Source: Marsupella aquatica
Taxonomy: Eukaryota; Plantae; Marchantiophyta
NCBI GenBank assembly: GCA_973895155.1
Contig: OZ316899.1
Span: 2,069,573 to 2,133,572, forward strand
DNA: 64,000 nucleotides
Direction: 5' to 3'
In this document: positions 37,716 to 48,672 of the stretch, piece by piece
How positions within the stretch are numbered: position 1 is the stretch's first letter
Layout: every line of letters begins with the position of its first letter
The notes under the pieces: model-generated
Seen by the model: the letters and a program-made list of their open reading frames with translations, nothing else
Told to the model about the DNA's origin: nothing
The model's database searches: none
Made by a program: the position numbers and the translations under genes

Positions 37716-39825
37716 CAAATACTGTTTGCTGATTAAGTTACACTCTTGAGAAACAAAGAGGAATTGAGCAAGCCAGAAAGGCAATAACATCCCTTACATG
37801 AACGAGGCATCTCTTGGTACATGCCACTTGAACTCTCTTGGTGCTCAACATTAGTCTTTCTTCAAGTGGTTATCATGGCTGGCCGTGTGAGGATCACGTT
37901 TCCAGACAATGGAGACGTTGTTGTGCTAGCGACTGATGGTGTTGTTCGGCATACACCAGACAACGAATTAGCTCGTCGGTTCGATGTTGAGATTGGGGAG
38001 TGGGCACTCTTTGAGGCCGGCGATGTCTTACCATTGATTGAGGCAGACTCAGAGGAGAGTGGAGAGGAAAGAATATGGCATCTGAAAAGTGAAGTTTCAT
38101 ACGTCCTTCAGCAGAGGGTGTACTTTGTTCCTCTTACTGAAGTTGGTTTGCAATCTCAAACTCGAGAGATTTCAGAGTGGCCGGCAGAGGTAGAGCAAGC
38201 CGAATTTCTTGAAAGTGTTGTTGCTGCAATGCTGAAAGGGAAAGGCACTTCGCGATGTGTAAAGGCTGCCCATTCCATTCTCAGAGTGCATTATCCACAA
38301 CGAGTCATGACTCTGCCGGAATGGTATGATGGGGATTGCATTTTTGAGCTCCCCCCATTCACAGGAATGTACACAAAGGGTGCCTTCTTCTTGGGTATGG
38401 AGCGGAGAAATGACTGCTACTTGTGGAGCAAGCTCATCGAGACAGGGGCCCAAATTGGACCCAACCTGAACAAGGGAGGCTTCAAGTATAAGATTGGGAA
38501 TGTGAGATGCCTGGGCTCTTTGCAATGTCCACATTCAGATTGTCCGGCTTTTACAAGTAAGAATGAGCGCAATTGCACATAATGGCAGCGAGATAGGGGT
38601 GGGAGAAATGAGGTTCCATTTCCTGTTGGGCGACTAGTTCCAGCAGAGAGTGTGATTTGCGCCTTTTGTGATCGGCCTCCTAAGTGTATAGCCAAGTGTC
38701 TAGCCGAAATGTTCTACATAACTCCGACCTCTCATGACCATTACATTTACAAGCACATGACACGTGTTGCTATGCATGTTGGGAGTCACTCACATCCGGC
38801 CAAATTTGTTCTCAAGAAAGATCGAAAAGCTTTCTTACATAAGTTGATGGAGGAGAAATTGAAGAAGAATCCTCATGCAATGCCGTCTGTGATCAAGAGT
38901 GACACAATTAAAGCTCTAAGGGATATTTTTGATGACAAGGTTGCTGGGATTGTCACATTTGAGGAAGCATGGGATCTGAATGAAACATTAGCGATCCTAT
39001 CAGATCGATCAGTTGTAAGATCTATGATACAGAGCATACGCAAGTATACCCATGCCTCATCCGACCTCCAAGTCATCCTTGATCTTCAAAAAGAAACAAT
39101 GTTTTCATTTGTCTAGAGCACTCTATTTCTAAACCAGAAGCTAGATACAGATGAGCGCCCACACATTTTCAAGATGACTGTAAAGGGTCTAGGGTCTGGA
39201 ATCGATCTCATTCGAAGGATGCAGCCTGGTGGAGATCTACAAGACTCATGGGTGATGTTTGATGTCATGCATCGGATGACTGAGAAGCAATGGTGCACAA
39301 TGTCAGCTCATGTATACGACCACCTATACAGAGGTCTCTGCACAATTTTTGTATGCGAGCTAGTTTCGGAAGATACTGCTGCACTACAAACTGCATGGAA
39401 GGTCATGAAGCGAGTGCGTAAGGCAAATGGGCTTGACAATGTTATGTTTTGTGGGTTCATTGCCGATAATGCTGCAGCTGGGTGGAATGCAGTTCGAAAC
39501 ACATTCTGGGATGGAAGAGTTAATTCTCAAAAGGAGCGATCTGATGCATTTCACTGGGCACAATCAGTGGAGAAGATGACAAAGAAATGCATTCTTCTAG
39601 GCAAAGCAGTTGAGCATAAGGAGCTTCTGGATTCATTGAGGGATGCTGCCAATGTGGTTCTTGCATTTCGGACTTTTGAGAAGATGAAGGATTGGTGGAA
39701 AAATGGGAATGCAATCAAAGGAAAAACCAAGTCACTGGAGACATGGCTTTCGTGGTGGATTGTGCGGTTCTCCCAGTGGGGAAACTTTATTCGGCTGGTA
39801 AGTCTATGAATTCTTAGTAATATTC

Positions 39826-40070
39826 TATCTCGGAGAGCCTCTCCGAGATGGAACATATGGGTAATCTCCGAGATGGAAGACGTGGGTCATCTTTGTCGAG
39901 GCTCTCCAAGATGGAAGAGGTGGGTCATCTCGGAGAACCTCTCCTAGATGAAATAAATGGGCGACTTGGAAGACATGTTAGAGAGCCAACTTTTGTTTTG
40001 TAACACGGTTCATCTTAGAGAGGCTCTCCAAGATGAAACACTGGTCATCTTGGAGAGCCTCTCCAGGATG
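39826..40070. repeat. Palindrome cluster inside the transposase intron
   Basis: About 6 degenerate copies between the GTAAGT donor (39806) and the acceptor near 40150. Confidence 0.8.
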
Positions 40071-41489
40071 GACCCCGTTGGACATGTTGCAGATGTACAA
40101 GATGACCCATGTACATTTTTTGGTAATACTCTTTTCTTTGATTTTTGTGTAGGACATGGACAGAACTAAGTCTGCATTGATGCTGAACCATAGCGGGGCA
40201 GAATCCGTGCATGTCGCGATGCGCCGATGGTCTTCCACAACAAAGATTGGGATAATGCAATCTTGTATAACGGATGCAACCCGTGCATCAAATCAAATTG
40301 GTGCCCTTGTGAACTACACGACCCACGGGAGGAAGGGCCGTGGCCCAAGCCTCTTTGAACTTCGTCTCCGAGATGCCAGGATGGTTGGGAATGTTAAGAG
40401 TTTCTTCCCAAAGTTAAATACGGTGATGACTCAACCGGAGATGGTTGAATATGCTTCGGGGGACCCAATTCCTGGTGACTATGAAACTCAACGAATGCCG
40501 GCGCGAGGCAAGGTTCCAGCTGATGCTATTGCAGTAGAAGACTCCCATCGCGATGATGTCATTCTAGTAACGTGACCTAAAAAGCGGAAGTTCAAGGGGA
40601 TTTCAAGCCAAGATGCAAACTTGAAAAGTACCATTCCTGACGTGGTCGACTTGTCAACCTCGTTAGACTCTCCTACAGGCTCTGGTGGATCAGATGTGGT
40701 GATTTTGGAGAGCCCAGTACAGCGTGCGACAAGACGTGTCCCTCCACCATCAACCCCAAGGAGGTCAACTCGAGTGTCTCCTCCGCCCCCAACAAGGGCA
40801 ACACGTGTTCCACCTCCTCCAACCCCAACAAGGTCAATACCAAGGTCACCCCCTGTTTGTCCACCAACGCGGTTTGCTGAACCTTTGCATAATAGAGGCC
40901 AACAAAGACAAGTTCAGGAGAGCAATGTGATGCCAGGAATGTTGTTTTTGTCTCGCATCAGTCGCCATGGAAGTGGTCCCGCTTGTAGAGGTGCCTTCAA
41001 AGGCACAGAACGTCCAGCATGCGGTCTATACATCAAGGAGGTGGGGGTTTCGTCATGCAACGTTGGGTGTGGTAGGATTGTGCTTATTGGCTGGGAGCAG
41101 TTACAAGGATCCAAACATTCCATAAAAGTTTTGGTTTTGCCCAAACAACAAGTGTTGCCAGAAATCTTCCATGGCATATGTTACTGGGCGGCTGCCCCCA
41201 CTACCGGAGAAGGTCCCAGTTGCTCGAGGAACCTATCTAACACAAGATGAAGTTGATTTTCTCCATGTGAATGAATTGAATGTGGTACAGACCATCATTC
41301 CTGGTGATTCAATGGTGAGTCCTGGCGATGTAATTGTGGACTTGAATAGTTACCCTGAGCAGTTGGATCCATTGAAGCCTGATGTCAGGCTGAGCCGGCG
41401 CAATGGCCGCTTACGGCAAAGGAGATCGGTTGTGACGGCAGATGCAAAGAAACGTATTGAGAGTGCTGTGACGCCGATGACATGGTCCT

Positions 41490-44100
41490 TATTCTATAAT
41501 CTGAGTAACTAGGTTGCTGTATGCAAGGAGTAGCTATTGATACCGCATAACAATTAGCAAGCTGGCAAGAATAAGGGCAATCATGGTGTTAAGAGTAGGG
41601 ATAAAGGTATTTCAGCTTGAACACAACCAAGGCAGACACAGTTGAGGTAGTCACTGTCAAGGCCACAAAGGAGAAGCTGGGGAAGAGAGGAGGAAGCGAG
41701 TCTCCATAACTAAATATGAAGTTGTGTGGTATGGTGATTGTTCTCATGATAAAATTTGAATGTCTTGGGTGTGTAGCTTCATTTTGTTAGTTAGGTTAGT
41801 GGTTCATAGTCTAGTCTTAGAATGTTAGGGAAATAAAAGGCTATGTCGCGCGTGGTTGGCAACCATATCTCGTTCAATATGTCACCAAATCCGGATCTGT
41901 AAAGAGCATTGGAAAGATCTGGTCAAGGCGAGTAAAATCGATATAAAACACTCGGGAAACGGAGGTGTATTAAGGAAGATACGGTCTGATTAGTGTGACG
42001 GGTTAACTTGTGGCCGGAATTAGCGGATTCGGCTTCAGTTTCGGGTTAACCCAAGCTCGGCCATGGCTTAGCTTAGGTAAGCACGGCTTCAACTTAGCTT
42101 AGGTAAGCACGGCTTTAGCTTATCTCAGGTAAGCACGGCTTCAGCTTAGCTCAAGTAAGCACGGCTTCAGCTTAGCTCAAGTAAGCACAGCTTCAGCTTA
42201 GGCTTAACCCGGGTTCGGATTAGATGGATCCCGGGTTAGACTTAACTCGGGTTAGCCTAAACTCGGGCTCAGGTTAGCATAGGTAAGCTCGGGTTCGGGC
42301 TTAGCTTAGGTTAGCGGTTAGCGGATAGCGGATAGCGGATAGCGGGTAGCGGCCTAACCCGAGACCACGGGTTAGCTCTACTCGGGTTAGATAGGATAGC
42401 TAGGTTAGCCGAACTCGGGTTAGCTATGTAACTCGGGTTAGCGCAGCAGTGAGTACCCCCTCTCGGTTGCGGGGGCATAACTCTCTGTGTATTTGACCAA
42501 ATCGGCTATAATTGACCTCGTTGGAAAGAGGAGCTCAAGCCGCTTCCAACGCTGCTATCCACGCAGCAAATGGTTGAATAGAGAAATCAGGAGAGGAGGC
42601 GCAAGCTCACAAAAACCATGGAGGAGGGCCAAATCCGAAGTACATAGCCAATTCGAGATAGAAATAAAGTTGCGAGTTAGGGTTCAGTAGTTAGAGATAG
42701 TGGCGGCTCTGTTAGGGCTGGGATGGGGCTCCAGCAGCGTAGTATCCACCCATTTGGGCTCAGTATGAGAGTATATAGAGCAGCCCCCGATAGAGGCAGG
42801 GGGGGACTTCAGTTGTGTGATCTCACTTAGACTGAGTAGCAGGGAGGAGCTCTGTGCAAGCAAGGCTGGACTTGGACGCTGCGTGTTGGGGAGAGCTTGG
42901 TTGTGCTATTACTCAGGGAGTAATCAGCCAAGCTTCACAGCTGCAACGGGTTGCTAGGTTTGCGAGTTAGATTGTGGCTCTTTCTAGTGGGCAACACAAC
43001 TGGGTTCTTTTCCCCCGATATAGAGCCTTGGTGATAGGTGATGTATTGGTGATTGTAAACTGTGGGGAGGATGTCAATTTGATTTGTGGTGAGCACGTTA
43101 GGGAGGCTGAGACACTGATTGAGGGGCAGCAGGAGGAGCATTTACAGTTCAGTCTGGCAAGGCTACGTGATCCATGGGGAGTCCCGGCCTTTGTCTGGTG
43201 GAGAGCACTAAGGGATCTATGGCCAGAGCTGAGCTTGCAGGGCAAGCATGAGGCCGGGCCTCATTGCAGTCTGGGGTAGATCGTCGTTAGGCCTGGTACC
43301 AGCTTTGAAGTCGAGTCAACTGTGCATGCGTAACTTGACATTCGGAAATGGAGGTGTGAGATCTGTATGTGCCCCCAAGAATGAAGTGCAGTGAAGGAGG
43401 TTGAGTTCAGGATTGAGTTTGCAAGGCAAGTACGGGATTGGTTCGAGTCCAATCTGCCGTCGCAATCTGGAGTGAGCCGGGCTCAGGTTCAGGATTGAGC
43501 TTGCATGGCAAGCACGGGGCTTGCGGGGCAAGCACGTCGCAATCTGGAGGAGACAGCCTTTGGGCCTAGTGTTCGGATCAAGTGTTCTCAATGAACTATT
43601 GTGCACATCTTTGAATCTAATTGAGTTTTCCTCTTCGGCCTCATTTCTCTCATGGATGTGTGTGTGTGTGAGGCAATCTGAGTGTATGATGGGACTAGCA
43701 GCGCCACTGAGAGGTGTACAGGGTGCATTGAAGCGGGCTGGGTGAGGACTGTCATAGCTCTGATTGCTGAGAGTGGAATGGCAGAGTGGTGGGGCAATGG
43801 CTTAGAAGTCCCTAAGCCGGGAATCAGTCAGGAGTCACTGGTTTATGGGTACATTCCGGCGGCGGAATAGAAACATACCTATGATAGTAAGCATACGTAT
43901 AGACCTATGCGCACCGTAGCGCTAGGCCCTGTGTGTACGGGCCCGATATGAAGACCCCTTCTCACCAGAACTATCATGAGCACAGATCTGATCCCCAACC
44001 TTGGTTCCTTGGGATTGAGCTTGGGTGATGTGTGATAGAGTCTTGCTATGATAGTCTGGTGTTAAGGGCATAAATTGGTGTTTACCGGCCTTCACAACAT
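41490..44100 (+). mobile_element. LTR-like insertion related to family B, inside the transposase gene (boundaries approximate)
   Basis: Shares GATAGAGGCAGGGGGG, GAAGTCCCTAAGC and GTACATTCCGGCGGCGGAA with family B. The transposase rejoins as ...PMTWS|LRDPRVQG. It has internal ~26-bp tandem repeats at about 42060-42200. Confidence 0.6.
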
Positions 44101-44599
44101 CCCTTCGTGATCCTCGGGTACAAGGGGATGGTTTTGGCACCCATAGTGACATTTTTGGTGTTAAGACCCATGTCAATCGCGTGACAAGTGCCAAATCCGA
44201 GTTGATGAGGTTCACTTCCATGACTCGAATTGAAAAAGGGAATGCAACTGGCTTACGAGTGGTACTTTCCAACACTCATCGTGACCGCAATTCAGCCCAT
44301 TGTGTACAGATATGTGTGTTCCCAACTTGCTCTTGTCAAGATTTCATGAGAGATACTGGAAGATACTTCTTTCCTTGCAAACACTTGTATTGGTGCTATA
44401 AAAACATTTGTGGACGAGATCTAGAGAGCGACCAAGAGATCCACCAGCCAATCTTGACACTTAGCGAGGTTCGTAAATTGGTGTCAAATGTAGCAAGCTC
44501 AGGGTGAATGCATGTCAAAGATGTTTCGGGTTTAGTGGGTAGAACGATACACTTTTGTATCCTTTCATAATAATAAATGTTCAAGATTTCAAATGATGT

Positions 44600-45195
44600 T
44601 GATCCCATCTCGGAGAGGCTCTCCGAGATTCCAACCCAGTGTTGATCCCATCTCGGAGAGGCTCTCCGAGATTCCAAGTGACGTTGATCCCATCTCGGAG
44701 AGGCTCTCCGAGATTCCAACCCAATGTTGATCCCATCTCGGAGAGGCTCTCTGAGATTCCAAAACCAGTGTTGATCCCATCTCGGAGAGGCTCTCCGAGA
44801 TTCCAAGTGACGTTGATCCCATCTCGGAGAGGCTCTCCAAGATTCCAAGTGATGTTGATCCCATCTCGGAGAGGCTCTCCGACATTCCAAGTGACGTTGA
44901 TCCCATCTTGGAGATGCTCTCTGAGATTCCAAGTGATGTTGATCCCATCTCGGAGACGCTCTCCGAGATTTAAACCCAGTGTTTTTGGCAATCTCGGAGA
45001 GGCTCTCCAAGATTCAAACCCAGTGTTGATCCCATCTCGGAGAGGCTCTCCGAGATTGCAACAATTGTTGGAGACTTTGGTGACCAATCTCGGAGAGGCC
45101 TCCGAGATTGACACAAAATAGGACGTCAATCTCGGAGATGCCTCCGAGATTGATTAAAAAAAAGGGGTCAATCTCGGAGAGGTCTCCAAGATTGT
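44600..45195. repeat. Right subterminal palindrome array (~41-42-bp unit)
   Basis: GTTGATCCCATCTCGGAGAGGCTCTCCGAGATTCCAA..., roughly 15 copies. Confidence 0.92.
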
Positions 45196-45253
45196 CCAAA
45201 AAAATGTTGGTGACTGATATCAGTCACTAATAACTGATGAGATTGCTCCTCTC

Positions 45254-46872
45254 TTTGACAAACTTCTTGAGCCGGCTAACATGGTAGCTTTTCCCCCCGC
45301 CCATTTCTTTGGGTGTCTCCAACACCACCAAAACCGGATTATCCTTGTGGGCCCATTGTATAATGTGATAGGGCCCCGCATATCTGGGAGCCAGCTTCCT
45401 ACTTATGTTCCCGTGGTATTGCTCAGGTCTCAACTGCAACCAGACGCTCTCCCCAATTTCAAGGCTTACCCGGCGTTGATGTTTATCCCCTTGGTCCTTG
45501 TACCAACTTTGGGCAAGGGTCATACCTTGGTAGCCGCTTCCACAACTAGGCGCTGCTCTCAAATAAAATCGTCCGTAGAAGGAACCTTGCTTTCCGTTCG
45601 CCAAGCTTCCGGATTTATAAACCAGGAGGGCGCCATTGGCGTCCTCCTTGTGGCCAACACAAACGGCGAAAACCCCATCGCCGAATGCTTGGTCGAGTTA
45701 TACCTAAACTCGGCCATTGTTAAATGCTTTGCCCAATCCTTTTGATTGGCCGTCACAAAGTGACGCAAGTAGTCCTCCACGATACCATTCACCCGTTCCA
45801 TTTGGCCATCTGTCTCATGATGATACACTGATCCCCTAGTCAGGTCCATTCCGGATAACCGGAACAACGCCTTCTAGAAATGGCCTGTGAACTTGGTATC
45901 GCGATCGGACAGGATATGCAATGGCAATCCCCATTGTCAAAAGACATTGTCAAATACTAGACCGGCAACCTTTCGGGCCAAAATCATTTTTGTAGTACGC
46001 AAGAAATACGTCATCTTGGAAAAACGATCCACGATTGTTAAGATGGAGTTACTGCCGTGGAACTCAGGTAACCCAACAATGAAGTCCATGGAGATAGACT
46101 CCCATGGAGCCGCAACTATTAGTAAGGGTTGCAGCAATCCTCCTTTTGCCCTATAGAACGTTCGGTTCTTTTGGCACAAGTAACAACTTTGCACGTGGCG
46201 AAGGACCAATTGCTTCATGTCTGGCCAATACACATCTTGCAACATGCTACGATACGTAGCAACTTGTCCTCCATGCCCTCCCTAGGGCGAGTCGTGGTAC
46301 TTTTGCAGAACCTCTAACCTTAGAGACTCTGGTCTGTACACACGCCTCTGCTTGTATCGCCATAGCTGAACATTATGCATCGTATCCAACCCCAATGACA
46401 CATGCCTTACCTTGCCCTGGCTACCCCCATTGCTTTGCCATTCCTTAGCTAACTTGTCATCCCCATACGCCGTAGCCAGAACCTTTGGCCACTCAGATTC
46501 GAGCATCGTGATCCCATTGACACGATGATGGTCCTTACGCGATAATGTGTCAGCTGCCGTGTTTGTCTTTCCAGGAGCGTGATGGACTTCAAAATCAAAA
46601 TCTGCCAAGAACATCTGCCAACGCATTTCCTTGGGGTTCAGCCTTGGCTTAGAACCAAAGTACCCGGCCGACGAGCTATCTGTGTGGATTACCACTTTGG
46701 GACCGTTCTTAAGGCAAATTTCCCACTTCTTTAACGCATAGATCACAACATACATTTCCCTTTCCGGTGTGATCCAATGATTTTCCAACTTACATGACTC
46801 GAAGGCCACAGGACGCCCGTTCTGGTGAAGATAGGTGCCAATGGCATAATCACTTACGTCTGTCCAAATCAC
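45254..46872 (-). pseudogene. Chromovirus RNase H and integrase (fragmented)
   Basis: IWTDVSDYAIG, EREMYVVIYAL, HHCC zinc finger (YHDSP..GH...C.LC), WESISMDFIVGLP, SDRD.KFT, TDGQMERVN and KLAPRYAGPY. Confidence 0.9.
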
Positions 46873-47176
46873 TTGACGTGTTTGCCGTAGCGGTCGATGG
46901 TTTGGCCGTTACGTCTTCTTCATCCTGCTTGTAACGTTTGTCTAGGGAAGTTGATCCATCCTCCTTTTGTTCATCTTGAACTTGGGCTCTCCCCTTAGTG
47001 GCGGGGAGCCTATTTGTCACTCTTTGATCGAGTGTTTTTAGCCATGTTCCCAGCGACCAAATCCGCCCGTAGTTGACCCGCTGGGCACGTTGAAGCACTA
47101 AGTCCCCACAACAATCCGTTAAGATTTTTGGATTCTGACTTAGCACAACCCCGGCCTGGTGTCTATGCCAGCAATC

Positions 47177-47188
47177 GCTCTGATACCA
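47177..47188 (-). promoter_or_regulatory. Primer-binding site complementary to the tRNA-iMet 3' end
   Basis: TGGTATCAGAGC, 2 nt after the LTR end ...CCACCACT. A partial second PBS lies at 49841-49849. Confidence 0.9.
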
Positions 47189-48672
47189 CAAGTGGTGGAC
47201 CTTACCACCCAGCGCCCTCACCAATCCCAGCACTCGCGCCTAAGTGCTCCTGGTGCCCAAACGCCTCCACAGAATACCTCGAGAAGGCACCCTAGTGCCC
47301 CTTGCACCGCCAGCGGCTCCTCCCATACGAAACCACACTTGCTCACCTACACGACCGCTACTCAATGGTCCTCACTGTCTGCACAAGCAACCAAGCACCT
47401 CGGTAAGTAACCCCTCGGGATCTAGAACTCGCCAAATCTAGCATCCTAACTCAAGCTCAACAGACATTGGTAAATAGGTCAGCGATAGGTCCTTCCCATG
47501 CCATAAGCCGGAACCAGAACCCACGCCCGCTGTTTGTCCAGGACAATTCCTTCCTTGGGCGCGGCTCGGGATCCACCTCATACCTATCCATCACCAACTG
47601 ACCGCCCTGACCCCAGGACTTGCTCATGGCCCAAGTAGCGTAGCTTGTCCCAAGCTTGTCCCAACACGCCGGGACCAGAACGGCCCCGACTCTAGCAACC
47701 AACTCCTGGTTTGCCCCATTGATGGTCTAGGGGCCGAGCACCCTTGGAACTCAGTCTCCACACCTACTTGGCCTTGCCTCCCCAACACAAGTTCCCTTGG
47801 GAGACTGAACGCGGCTTGGCTGCTGTTTGGCAGGATTTGGCAAGCGGGCGAGCTAACACCCGCAAACCACAAGAACCCATGACGTCCCCAGACCCAGCTG
47901 AGCTCAGGAGGGCGTATCCCTCCTCAAGAGCTTTCCAACGCACCCAAGAAGTCCCCCAACGGACTTCCCGTTAGGAAGTTATTGCCATTTCCGTTTGGCG
48001 GTTTCCCTTAGTGTCGCGACCGCCGCGGCTCACGACTTCGGCTCGCCCTTAGCCCCCAGGGAGACACCACTCCCCTCATATATGCTTCTAGAGACCTGTC
48101 ACCCCCGGACCAGCTTTGGTCCCTAAACATTTGGCCCCCAACCCGGATCCTATCGCGCATAATGGGCGCGCCACCAACTGGCAACGCCCATAACTTTCTC
48201 GTTAGGCATCCGCAAGCGGAGTGCCTTAGCCCGTTGTGATTGGGCCGACCCAGTGCTCATGCCCTCAGGTCTCATTGCCGCTCGGGGCCCCTGACCGGCC
48301 CAACCCGGATCGGGCCATAACTTGCGCCCCAAACGTCCGTTGCCCATGGCGTCAACTCCATTGGCCTTGGGCCTAAGAGGAGCTCCCACTCAAGCCCTCA
48401 GAACTCAAAGTCCGTTCGGAGGCCCGGATGGTTGACCTTGAGTCCGGCCCCTTTCTTCTTGACCCAACCAGCTCTCAGCTTGCCTAAGTCCTTTGTGTGT
48501 GTCACCAGCTTGGCTCCTTGCCTCGCTAGTGCCACGTCTCATTGCCCACAAGTCTCCCCATGCTAAGTCCTCCCCGGATGACCTATCCAGGCCTGGACCA
48601 TAAGGGAGCTTGGCGTCGGAGTCAGCGACGCTGGAGCTAAGTGTTAAGGTAGTCGAGTTCCGCGACTCCGCG

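Larger units (their letters stand above)
37875..44507 (+). pseudogene. MULE-type DDE transposase with N-terminal Cys/His zinc-binding region and C-terminal SWIM finger, interrupted
   Basis: CLGSLQC...C...CAFC...HSHP; VMFDVMH (D); FIADNA (D); ERSDAFHW (CxxH-equivalent position); GAESVH (E); CSCQDF...CKH. In-frame stops at 38580, 39114 and 40573, an intron at about 39806-40150, and an insertion at about 41490-44100. Confidence 0.82.
28347..45253. mobile_element. Mutator-like (MULE) DNA transposon, 16.9 kb
   Basis: Perfect 9-bp TSD TTTGACAAA (28338-28346 and 45254-45262). Imperfect TIRs of ~45 bp starting with G and containing CATCAGTTAT..GT..TGATATCAGTCACC. Encodes a DDE transposase and a SWIM finger. 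Confidence 0.9.
26178..48667 (-). mobile_element. Internally deleted Ty3/gypsy chromovirus (family A) with both LTRs (26178-27647 and 47191-48667)
   Basis: TSD GCGCG/CCGCG, PBS TGGTATCAGAGC next to the 5' LTR, PPT AAGGGGGGGT next to the 3' LTR, and RNase H, integrase and chromodomain. Most of gag, plus protease and RT, are deleted. It hosts the MULE. Confidence 0.9.

Noticed and set aside
42050-42435. GGTTAG-rich stretch resembling telomeric repeats (also TTAGGG-like words near 14460)
   Set aside because: There is no regular TTTAGGG or TTAGGG tract, and it is part of the internal tandem repeats of an LTR-like insertion.
30860-45195. Palindromic repeat arrays resembling CRISPR arrays
   Set aside because: The spacers are repeated rather than unique, the arrays sit in introns and subterminal regions of a eukaryotic transposon, and no cas genes are present.
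44396-45199. Repetitive ORFs (also at 28383-28936, 31154-31504 and 36079-36536)
   Set aside because: These are open frames produced by the palindrome arrays.
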